From Muribaculaceae bacterium (GTDB lineage: Bacteria > Bacteroidota > Bacteroidia > Bacteroidales > Muribaculaceae), in the NCBI GenBank assembly GCA_029060625.1, contig JAIDTO010000261.1, positions 1 to 60,885 of the forward strand: a DNA stretch of 60,885 nucleotides, read 5' to 3'. A program made the position numbers and the translations under genes. Positions 39,866 to 47,805 of this stretch are shown here, piece by piece. Numbering within the stretch: the first letter of the stretch is position 1; every line of letters starts with the position of its first letter. The notes under the pieces are model-generated. The model was not told the origin of the DNA. It ran no database searches and saw only the letters and a list, made by a program, of their open reading frames with translations.

Positions 39866-41035
39866 ATGAGCAATATATCTAATACAAGAAAAAAGATTCT
39901 TATTCTTGAAGGCTATTGCAAACAATGCCTCCCTTTTATCCGTGGGTTCAGAGATTTAGGCTGTGAGGTGTCGGTCTTATGCGGCTCAAAATTGGACTGT
40001 TGTTTTGTCTCAAGGCTGCCGCATCATAGAATTTTGGGCACATGTGATGTGCATAAGCCTGAGGAGTCTGAAAAATACATATTGGAGATTATTAAGACAG
40101 GCAAATATGACCTTGTGTTTGCCCCATTTGATTTCTCTGCACGAATATTGGCCAATCATAAAGAGGAACTCTCGAAATATGCAGTCATATATTCCAACGA
40201 CAAAGAGGTGTTTCAAGCAGCAAGCAATAAATCTACTGTGATGAAAGTCTGCACAGAGAATAATTTGCCTTGTCCGAAAACATATTTTGATATCGATTCA
40301 ATTGAAACCTTAAAAAGAATGGGGATAGCTTTCCCAATTATTATAAAGCCTCATAGTTCTTACGGGGCAAGAGGCGTTCATTCTTTTGAATCTCTGCAGG
40401 AATTGGAATCATATGTAAAAGCTACAAATATTGATTTGTCAGACTACGTCGTTCAAGAACACATTCCATTGGGGAGCCAAGTGATGGCAAGTATTCACTT
40501 CATTGATAAAAAAGGTAATGTCAAAAGTGGATGTCTTTATAAAAATGACCACTTATATCCTGAGGATGGAGGGACGAGTACATTAAATTCTCTTCTTGAT
40601 AGGCCGGATATAGAAAAGACATGTGAAGAGCTAATAAAAAAAATGAATTTAAAAGGTGTAGTCGGTGTCGATTTGATGATTGATAAGCGTGATGATATAG
40701 GTAAGGTTATTGAGATTAATGCCCGCCCTCCTCATAGTGTGACTATTGCCTTTATAGGTGGCATTAATCTTGCCCAACAAATATTGGAAGATGCTTTTGG
40801 AGACGAAGTGACTTCAATGAAAATAAAGAAAAGGGATTTCGCTCTTAGAATTATGCAGACAGATATACTGTGGTTCTTGTCATCACCCGATAGATTTAAA
40901 AAGACTCCTAAGAAACTTGGGCTCAATCATGTCAAAGAGCAGATGTTCTATTGGGATGATCCTTTGCCGTGGTTTGCATTCCTGATTTCCGGAATCAAAG
41001 ACTATCGAAAGAAAATGCATGAGAAAAGACAATAA
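39866..41035 (+). CDS. ATP-grasp (carboxylate-amine ligase) protein
   Basis: P.P.TY, FP.IIKP..S.GARG, VVQE.IP, YP..GG.S, D...D.RD...KVIEIN.R, W.DPLP. Confidence 0.85.
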   Translation: MSNISNTRKKILILEGYCKQCLPFIRGFRDLGCEVSVLCGSKLDCCFVSRLPHHRILGTCDVHKPEESEKYILEIIKTGKYDLVFAPFDFSARILANHKEELSKYAVIYSNDKEVFQAASNKSTVMKVCTENNLPCPKTYFDIDSIETLKRMGIAFPIIIKPHSSYGARGVHSFESLQELESYVKATNIDLSDYVVQEHIPLGSQVMASIHFIDKKGNVKSGCLYKNDHLYPEDGGTSTLNSLLDRPDIEKTCEELIKKMNLKGVVGVDLMIDKRDDIGKVIEINARPPHSVTIAFIGGINLAQQILEDAFGDEVTSMKIKKRDFALRIMQTDILWFLSSPDRFKKTPKKLGLNHVKEQMFYWDDPLPWFAFLISGIKDYRKKMHEKRQ

Positions 41036-41048
41036 TTACAACCATGTA

Positions 41049-41056
41049 TATCTTTG
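41049..41056 (+). promoter_or_regulatory. Possible internal promoter upstream of the deacetylase gene
   Basis: TATCTTTG followed by C, 290 nt upstream of the ATG at 41347. Confidence 0.5.
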
Positions 41057-41346
41057 CCAATCATCAGCAGTGCCGATCAAGAAAAATTTTGGAGACAATG
41101 TCGAAATGTATTGACCTGAACGTTGTTGATATCGTCAGAGAGATTTCGTGTGCAATATTGTCTCCAGTATGATAAAATCCCAGGTATAACTCTGATGGAT
41201 TAAATAAAATTAACATTTTTAAATGATGATTTATAAGATTCAGGGGATTTCATACGTTAACTATAAGGCTATACATTTTATAAAAAAACAGATGGACAGC
41301 CATGGGATTTGATCCCCAAAACCAGTGGTTCTGAAATAGTAATTTA

Positions 41347-42204
41347 ATGAATATACTGACTTTTGATATAGAAGAGTGGTTTCACCTCCTTGAAAATTCC
41401 TCCACGCAGTCTGAAGACCAGTGGAAGACTTATGAGGTTAGAATCCATGAGAATATGGATAGGATTTTTCGTATTTTGGAAGATACGAACACTAAGGCTA
41501 CATTCTTTATCATAGGATGGATTGCTAAGACTTATCCAGAAATTGTCAAGAGAATCGCTGAAAAATATGAAATTGGCAGCCATTCGATGAATCATCAACT
41601 GGTTTGGCAACATACTCCTGAGGAATTTCATAAAGATGTAGATTCTTCCATTAAGCTGCTACAGGATATCACAGGAAAACCTGTCAAATATTTCCGTGCT
41701 CCGGGTTTTTCCATACGAGAAACTGAAAGTTGGGCATTTGAGCAGCTTCATGATCTGGGTATTGAGATAGATTGCTCAATTTTTCCAGCTCGCCATGCTC
41801 ATGGTGGATTCCCTTCTTATGATGGGAAAGCTGAGCCTACTATCATTGATATTAATGGTAAAAGGTTAAAAGAATTTCCAATTAGTTGCCACGAGATTGC
41901 AGGGCGCCATATAATATATCAGGGTGGGGGGTATTTCCGGCTGTTCCCTTATCCGTTGATAAAACATTGGACAAATAAAGAGAATGACTATCTTCTTTCA
42001 TATATTCATCCCCGCGATCTTGATCCGGGGCAACCAATGGTCCCAGGGCTTTCAAATATAAGAAAATTTAAAAGCTATGTAGGTCTTGGCGGAGCAGAAA
42101 GAAAACTAAGAAATTTTCTGCAAGACTTTAGATTCACCGATATTGCTACTGCTGAAGCTACAGTAGATTGGAATAAAGCAAAAGTGTTAAAGTTAGGAAA
42201 GTAG
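41347..42204 (+). CDS. Polysaccharide deacetylase (CE4/NodB plus DUF3473)
   Basis: LTFDIEEWFH, ATFF..GW.A, EIGSHS..H, FRAPGFS, GGGYFRL.PY, YIHP..D.DP.QP. Confidence 0.9.
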   Translation: MNILTFDIEEWFHLLENSSTQSEDQWKTYEVRIHENMDRIFRILEDTNTKATFFIIGWIAKTYPEIVKRIAEKYEIGSHSMNHQLVWQHTPEEFHKDVDSSIKLLQDITGKPVKYFRAPGFSIRETESWAFEQLHDLGIEIDCSIFPARHAHGGFPSYDGKAEPTIIDINGKRLKEFPISCHEIAGRHIIYQGGGYFRLFPYPLIKHWTNKENDYLLSYIHPRDLDPGQPMVPGLSNIRKFKSYVGLGGAERKLRNFLQDFRFTDIATAEATVDWNKAKVLKLGK

Positions 42205-42228
42205 CTGATAATACGTTGCTGGTATCCT

Positions 42229-42280
42229 ATTCAGCGATCACGATAGTTGACTGTTCACTACGTGGTCGCTGAATTGTTTT
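42229..42280 (+). terminator. Long hairpin (probable terminator) after the deacetylase gene
   Basis: ATTCAGCGATCACG...CGTGGTCGCTGAAT followed by TGTTTT. Confidence 0.6.
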
Positions 42281-42379
42281 AATCATGCTGAAATTACCAA
42301 AAATAATAAACCAGAATAAATTTGTGTATTAAGTAAAATTTTCCTAATTTAGCATAAACTAAGCGGTATTATTGATTTT

Positions 42380-44449
42380 ATGAAAGGAAGAGTATTGAGT
42401 ATAATAATTGGAGGGTTAGCTGTGACGTTTGCATCGGCGCAAGATATAAATGTCAAAGAGCGAGCTTTGTGGGGCTCGGTCTGTGGTATGTCAAATGCGA
42501 CATACTACAGTGAGACTCTCGACAAGATGCTTGTCTCATGGCGCATGCTACCAGGCGATTCTTCAGATACAGCTTTCGACCTTTACCGAAAAGTTGCCAA
42601 TGGAAAGGAGGAGAAACTAAATAAAGAGCCTATATTTGGAACCAATTTTCAAGACCTTACATTGTCATTTAGTAGCCGAGGCGGTGGAGATGCCACTTAT
42701 CGTCTGACATACGCTGGTAGTGACGAGACAATTGGATTGTATGTGCTTCCAAATAAGCAAAGGATAAGTAAACTGCCTTACATTTCGATTCCATTGACAG
42801 AAACCACTGAAGTGTGCTCCATAGAAGGGATGGAGTATCAGGCAAACGATGTAAGCGTTGGAGATCTTGATGGCGACGGAGAGATGGAGATAGTTGTAAA
42901 GCGTCTGTTGGCCAATGGTGACAATGATGGCACCGGAGGAGGACAGTCGTCTGCCGAGGTGCGCCACACTCTGCTCTATGAGGCATATAAGCTTGACGGC
43001 ACGATGTTATGGAGAGTCTGCTCCGGTCCAAATATCTTGCTTGGGAATAGCAGCTCATTCGCCGTCGCTGACTTTGATGGAGACGGGCGCGCTGAGATGG
43101 CAATCAAGACCGGCGAAGGAACAGTCTTCGGCGACGGTATGGAGATTGGAGACACTGACGCGGACGGCAAAACTGACTACCGTGGAGGTGGCAATTATAT
43201 TGGTGCCGGTCCGGAATTCTTCTCAATTGTCGACGGGCTTACGGGTGCAGAACTCGCACGTGCCGACTTCATACGTCGTGGGACAAGCGAGGAATGGGGT
43301 GACAACTACTTCAAACGTGCCAGCAGTCTTCGAGTTGGTGTCGGAAATTTTGACGGAAAACTTCCTTCGGTTATTTTGGGACGAGGAGTCTATGCCAAAT
43401 CTGTAATCGAAGCATGGGACTATCGTGACGGTAAGTTGACACGCCGTTGGCAATTCAATACCGACGACAAACTGAAAGGAAAGGATGGATTGGCATATAG
43501 CAAATATGCCGGGCAAGGAAACCATTCGCTTAGCGTAGGAGATGTGGATGGAGACGGTTTTGATGAGATTGTATATGGAGCGATGACTGTGGATCATGAT
43601 GGAGTTGGTCTTTATTCATCTTGTCTTGGCCATGGCGATGCTCTGCATCTTGGCAAGTTTGATCCATCAAGACCCGGCCTTCAGATATTTTCGTGTTTTG
43701 AGACAGGAAAAACAGAGGTCGCTCTCCGTGACGCTGCTGACGGAAGCATCATCTACGATCATAAGAGCGCTACCGATGGGGATATGGGACGAGCTTTGAT
43801 CGCCGACATTGATCCAGCTTCGCCTGGCTGTGAGCTGTGGTGGTATAAGAGCACCGTTCATGACATCAACGGCATTGAACTTCCAGGCGACCGTGCGAAC
43901 TATCCGGGATCGACCAACTTTGCAATCTGGTTTGACGGTTCTCTCAACCGCCAGGTCTTTACGGGAACTAAGATCGATAGCCGCCAGAAAGGTCGTGTAT
44001 TTACTATCTATCGCTACGATGTCTCTCACATCAATGGTACAAAGGAAAATCCTTGTTTTTATGGAGATATTCTTGGCGACTGGCGTGAGGAACTAATCTT
44101 TCCGACTTACGACAAGACTCAGGAACTGCGCATATTCTCTACATGGATTCCAACCGATCACCGTATACCTTGGCTGATGACTGACCATGTGTATGATATG
44201 AGCGCTTTGAACCAAAACATCGGTTATAATCAGCCTACTCATACAGGATATTATCTCGGTTCAGACTACAAGAATGATGAAGAAATTTGGACAGCGTCAG
44301 GAGTTGGCAAAGGCAATGGCGTTGAGGAGATTAGCTTGGAAAATGCGTTGCATGAAGAAGGTGTCCTTTATGATATCATGGGCAGAAAGATAGAGAATCC
44401 TTCTTCTGGCATCTATATCCTCAACGGAAAGAAATTTGTCATAAAGTAG
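42380..44449 (+). CDS. Secreted rhamnogalacturonan lyase (PL11, YesW/YesX-like)
   Basis: VSWR, Y.AND.SVGDLDGDG..E.VVK, V.DFDGDGRAE, GQGNH.LSV.DVDGDG.DEI.YG, GHGDALH, DILGDWREE, QN.GYNQP.H; tail GIYILNGKKFVIK. Confidence 0.88.
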   Translation: MKGRVLSIIIGGLAVTFASAQDINVKERALWGSVCGMSNATYYSETLDKMLVSWRMLPGDSSDTAFDLYRKVANGKEEKLNKEPIFGTNFQDLTLSFSSRGGGDATYRLTYAGSDETIGLYVLPNKQRISKLPYISIPLTETTEVCSIEGMEYQANDVSVGDLDGDGEMEIVVKRLLANGDNDGTGGGQSSAEVRHTLLYEAYKLDGTMLWRVCSGPNILLGNSSSFAVADFDGDGRAEMAIKTGEGTVFGDGMEIGDTDADGKTDYRGGGNYIGAGPEFFSIVDGLTGAELARADFIRRGTSEEWGDNYFKRASSLRVGVGNFDGKLPSVILGRGVYAKSVIEAWDYRDGKLTRRWQFNTDDKLKGKDGLAYSKYAGQGNHSLSVGDVDGDGFDEIVYGAMTVDHDGVGLYSSCLGHGDALHLGKFDPSRPGLQIFSCFETGKTEVALRDAADGSIIYDHKSATDGDMGRALIADIDPASPGCELWWYKSTVHDINGIELPGDRANYPGSTNFAIWFDGSLNRQVFTGTKIDSRQKGRVFTIYRYDVSHINGTKENPCFYGDILGDWREELIFPTYDKTQELRIFSTWIPTDHRIPWLMTDHVYDMSALNQNIGYNQPTHTGYYLGSDYKNDEEIWTASGVGKGNGVEEISLENALHEEGVLYDIMGRKIENPSSGIYILNGKKFVIK

Positions 44450-44490
44450 AGAAAAAAGAAACAGGTGTTTTAACCATTAATTATAGCAAA

Positions 44491-44518
44491 GCAGGGGCGC
44501 ACGATTCGTGCGCCCCTG
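44491..44518. repeat. REP-like GC-rich palindrome
   Basis: GCAGGGGCGCACG-att-CGTGCGCCCCTG, with no poly-T tail. Confidence 0.6.
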
Positions 44519-44566
44519 TCAGCTTCAGGGTTGTATGCCCCGGATAATGACGAACTTTAGAATAAG

Positions 44567-45418
44567 TTAGATTTTCTCCGGTTTATGGAATGAGTAGATC
44601 AATTCGCGGATATCTTCGGCAATCTGTGGGTAGGATTTGCCGGAATTCTTCAGTTCGGAGAGGCTTATGGGCTTTCCGATGATAATGCGGAATCGTTTTC
44701 CCCTGGAGGCGCATAGCTCGGCGGGAAGGGTAGCTTGCTCGATATTCACTTTAATGCCGAGTCTCTTCCTCCATTTTGCAAGTCTGTAGAATCGCTTGCG
44801 ATTCAACGCAACGAATCTTACAGGGACGATGTCGCGGTCATTTTCGATAGCTTTCTGCACGAATGCCTTCTGCCATTTCAGGTCGTGAATTTCTCCTCCG
44901 GGATGCAGCCTCGACACAAGTCCTGCCGGGAATATTACGATCTGCCGATCGGAGGCATAGGCTGAGTTGATCGCCTCAGCGGCTGCCCTAGCTTGACTTC
45001 CATATTTGTTGATCGGAAGAAATACATTGCTTAGCGGCTCAACATTCATAAGCAGGTCGTTGACCAGAAAGCTGATGTTCTCATCTCCGTAGTGTTGCCC
45101 CAATACCGCGATTAGGGCGATACCGTCGAGGCCGCCTAAGGGATGGTTGGATGCGAAGACAACGCGACGATCCGGTGACGGGAGATTCTCCGCACCCTCG
45201 ATATCAACGTCGATGTTTAGATATTTAAGAACCCTGTCAGAAAACTTGCTCCCTTCTTCGGGGTGTCCGACACGTAGCATCTCGTTGAGTTCATCCTGAT
45301 GTATAAGGCGGGCAAGGGCTTCGTAAATGAAGCCGGGTATGAATTTCTGCTTATGCGAAGGGATTCTCTTGCGGAGAATCCCTTCTATGTCTAACTGCAA
45401 TATTGGTCTTTTGCTCAT
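44567..45418 (-). CDS. PlsC-like acyltransferase of the Bacteroidota GlsA/HlyB type
   Basis: NHPLGGLDG (HX4D), F.VND.LM...PL...FLP.NK.G.Q, IFPAGL.SR, DL.W.K.F; ATG at 45418 (MSKRPIL). Confidence 0.8.
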   Translation of the reverse strand: MSKRPILQLDIEGILRKRIPSHKQKFIPGFIYEALARLIHQDELNEMLRVGHPEEGSKFSDRVLKYLNIDVDIEGAENLPSPDRRVVFASNHPLGGLDGIALIAVLGQHYGDENISFLVNDLLMNVEPLSNVFLPINKYGSQARAAAEAINSAYASDRQIVIFPAGLVSRLHPGGEIHDLKWQKAFVQKAIENDRDIVPVRFVALNRKRFYRLAKWRKRLGIKVNIEQATLPAELCASRGKRFRIIIGKPISLSELKNSGKSYPQIAEDIRELIYSFHKPEKI

Positions 45419-45431
45419 GATTGTCGTGCCA

Positions 45432-45462
45432 TTGTAGACGCACGAGCCGTGCGTCCCTACAA
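45432..45462. repeat. GTAG-type REP-like palindrome
   Basis: Minus strand reads TT GTAG GGACGCACG-gct-CGTGCGTC TAC AA. Confidence 0.65.
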
Positions 45463-45482
45463 GGATATTTGTAATAACTATA

Positions 45483-46694
45483 TCATTTGCCGGTGCCTTT
45501 CTTAGCTCCTCGCCAAGTGGCATCTTCGTCGTTGACAGACTGTTCTTCGTCCCAGAACTCGTCTTCCCATTCCTCATCAGTCTCGGGCATCCAGTCCTCT
45601 TCCTCGTCATCGTCCTGATGGAAAATGAATTCATCCTCTTCTGCCACTCGGTGATGTCGGTCGAGGTTGCGGTGTGTGATGGTAGACTGGGCGAGATTAT
45701 CTTCCGAGTTGATCTCACGCCAGAGAAGGTCTTTAAGTTCTGTCAGACCAAAACCTGTGACAGCCGAGATGAATACAGTTGGTATCCCTTCCGGAAGTTC
45801 CTTCTTCATTTCCTCCATCATCTCTTCGTCGAGCATATCGCACTTCGATATGGCGAGCACACGGCTCTTGTCCATAAGCTCGGGATTGAACTGCTTTAGC
45901 TCGTTTAGAAGTATTTCGTAGTCCTTCTTGATATCAGATGAGTCAGCCGGGATCATAAATAGGAGGACTGCATTTCGCTCTATATGGCGCAGGAACCGTA
46001 GTCCGAGTCCCTTGCCTTCACTGGCTCCCTCAATTATACCAGGGATATCCGCCATCACGAAACTCTGTCCGTTGCGGTAGCTTACTATACCGAGGCTTGG
46101 CTCCATGGTAGTGAAAGGATAGTCAGCAATCTTTGGCTTAGCCGCCGATATGGCTGATAGGAGAGTGGACTTTCCAGCATTCGGGAATCCGACAAGACCT
46201 ACATCTCCGAGCAGCTTCAGCTCAAGGACGACAGCCTTCTCGATGGCCGGTTGCCCGGGCTGTGCATATCGTGGTGCACGGTTTGTTGATGTCGCGAAAT
46301 GAACGTTGCCTCGACCTCCCTTTCCTCCGCGAAGGAGCTTGATCTCTTCTCCATCGCGTGTGATCTCACACAGGTATTCGCCTGTGTCAGCATCAAACAC
46401 TGTAGTGCCAACAGGCACCTCGATGATTCGATCCTCACCATCCTTGCCAGTTGAGCGGTTCTCTCCGCCGCTCTGTCCGTCTGTGGCGAATATATGTCTC
46501 TGATATCGGAGGTCAAGCAGTGTCCACTTATGTCTGTTGCCACGAAGTATAATATGTCCGCCTCGTCCGCCGTCGCCACCGTCAGGGCCACCCTTGGGGA
46601 TGTATTTCGCACGGTGATAGTGGCGGCTGCCTGCCCCTCCTTTGCCAGAGCGGCAAAGGATCTTTACGTAATCTATAAAATTCGATTCTGCCAT
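45483..46694 (-). CDS. obgE: GTPase ObgE/CgtA
   Basis: [60 protein letters not shown]; acidic C-tail. Confidence 0.97.
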   Translation of the reverse strand: MAESNFIDYVKILCRSGKGGAGSRHYHRAKYIPKGGPDGGDGGRGGHIILRGNRHKWTLLDLRYQRHIFATDGQSGGENRSTGKDGEDRIIEVPVGTTVFDADTGEYLCEITRDGEEIKLLRGGKGGRGNVHFATSTNRAPRYAQPGQPAIEKAVVLELKLLGDVGLVGFPNAGKSTLLSAISAAKPKIADYPFTTMEPSLGIVSYRNGQSFVMADIPGIIEGASEGKGLGLRFLRHIERNAVLLFMIPADSSDIKKDYEILLNELKQFNPELMDKSRVLAISKCDMLDEEMMEEMKKELPEGIPTVFISAVTGFGLTELKDLLWREINSEDNLAQSTITHRNLDRHHRVAEEDEFIFHQDDDEEEDWMPETDEEWEDEFWDEEQSVNDEDATWRGAKKGTGK

Positions 46695-46703
46695 AGTCTT
46701 TTC

Positions 46704-46738
46704 AATTCATAATGCACAATGCATAATTCATAATTTTT
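46704..46738. repeat. 7-bp tandem array (AAT[GT]CAT family)
   Basis: AATTCAT AATGCAC AATGCAT AATTCAT AATTTTT. Confidence 0.8.
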
Positions 46739-46752
46739 TTCATTTTCATTGA

Positions 46753-47805
46753 TCAGAAGCGGCGTGAAGTGACCTCGTTGGCATATCGGAAGTCATCCGG
46801 AGACCCGATGTCGATCCAGGTGCCTTCGATTGCAAAATGAGACACTTTCAGTCCTCTTGCGATCAATGACTCCACAAAGTCGGGAGCGTCGAGGTATTCA
46901 CCACGTTTTATCTCGCTCAGGACCTTGCGGTCTATAATATATACGCCTGCGTTGGCAAAATGGTTGAATGTCGGCTTCTCTTCTAATCCGGTGACCCTAT
47001 CTCCGTCGGTCTTGAGAATGGCGAAAGGCACAGACACTGTGTATGGCACAGTGGCCATTGTCAGTACGGCTCCGGAATCGACGTGATGCTGCCACAGCTG
47101 CTCGAAATCTATGTTGGTGAGAAGGTCTGAGTTCATGACAATCACGTGGTCTTGGCTCAGGGAGTCAATCAGTGCGACACTTCCCAGAGTCCCGAGGCGG
47201 CAAGGTTCCTCTATGCAGCGTACGCTTCCTTGCCATTTCTGATTATTGAAGTGGTCGATAATCTGCTCCTTGAGATAGTTGACTGTGACATAGATATCCT
47301 TCACCCCATAACGTTGTAGCGATTCTATATTGTAATCGATGATTGGTTTGCCTCCAACTTTTAGAAGTGGCTTTGGGGTATCAAGAGTCAAAGGTCGCAG
47401 ACGCTCTCCACGGCCGCCCGCCATCAATACGGCAGAAGCGGGAATCGCTGACTTGATTTTTCTAAGATCAAGAATATCGGTCAGGATGCCGTCGGTCGTG
47501 ACAGGAAGAAGATTAATAAGCCGCTCCCTTGCTCGCGCGACAGTCTTATATCGTTCTTCGGGCGATGCGTCGGACGTGAGGAATATGAATTTTCTGAAGG
47601 CAATGTCGCGTGCCCTGTCTTCAGTGGTGTGCCCATCAATCAGGGCACGCCGAATGTCGCCATCTGTCACACTCCCGATTAGCTTCCCATCCTTGTCGAT
47701 GGCAAAGAGAGTCATGGAGTCACCGCTAAGTTCGTTAAGGGCTGTCAATGTCTCACGAATAGTGGCATCCCCACTTACCGTATGTCTGCTTATCCGGTGG
47801 TTCAT
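46753..47805 (-). CDS. CBS-domain sugar-phosphate nucleotidyltransferase (PtmE/LegX-like)
   Basis: G..TDGDIRRAL (CBS), MAGG.G.RL.PLT...PKPLL.VG.KP, V.VNY, LGT.G, N.DLLT, ANAG.Y, W.DIG. Confidence 0.85.
   Translation of the reverse strand: MNHRISRHTVSGDATIRETLTALNELSGDSMTLFAIDKDGKLIGSVTDGDIRRALIDGHTTEDRARDIAFRKFIFLTSDASPEERYKTVARARERLINLLPVTTDGILTDILDLRKIKSAIPASAVLMAGGRGERLRPLTLDTPKPLLKVGGKPIIDYNIESLQRYGVKDIYVTVNYLKEQIIDHFNNQKWQGSVRCIEEPCRLGTLGSVALIDSLSQDHVIVMNSDLLTNIDFEQLWQHHVDSGAVLTMATVPYTVSVPFAILKTDGDRVTGLEEKPTFNHFANAGVYIIDRKVLSEIKRGEYLDAPDFVESLIARGLKVSHFAIEGTWIDIGSPDDFRYANEVTSRRF

Noticed and set aside
45483-45640. Highly acidic, repetitive ObgE C-terminus
   Set aside because: Acidic disordered tails are a known ObgE feature.
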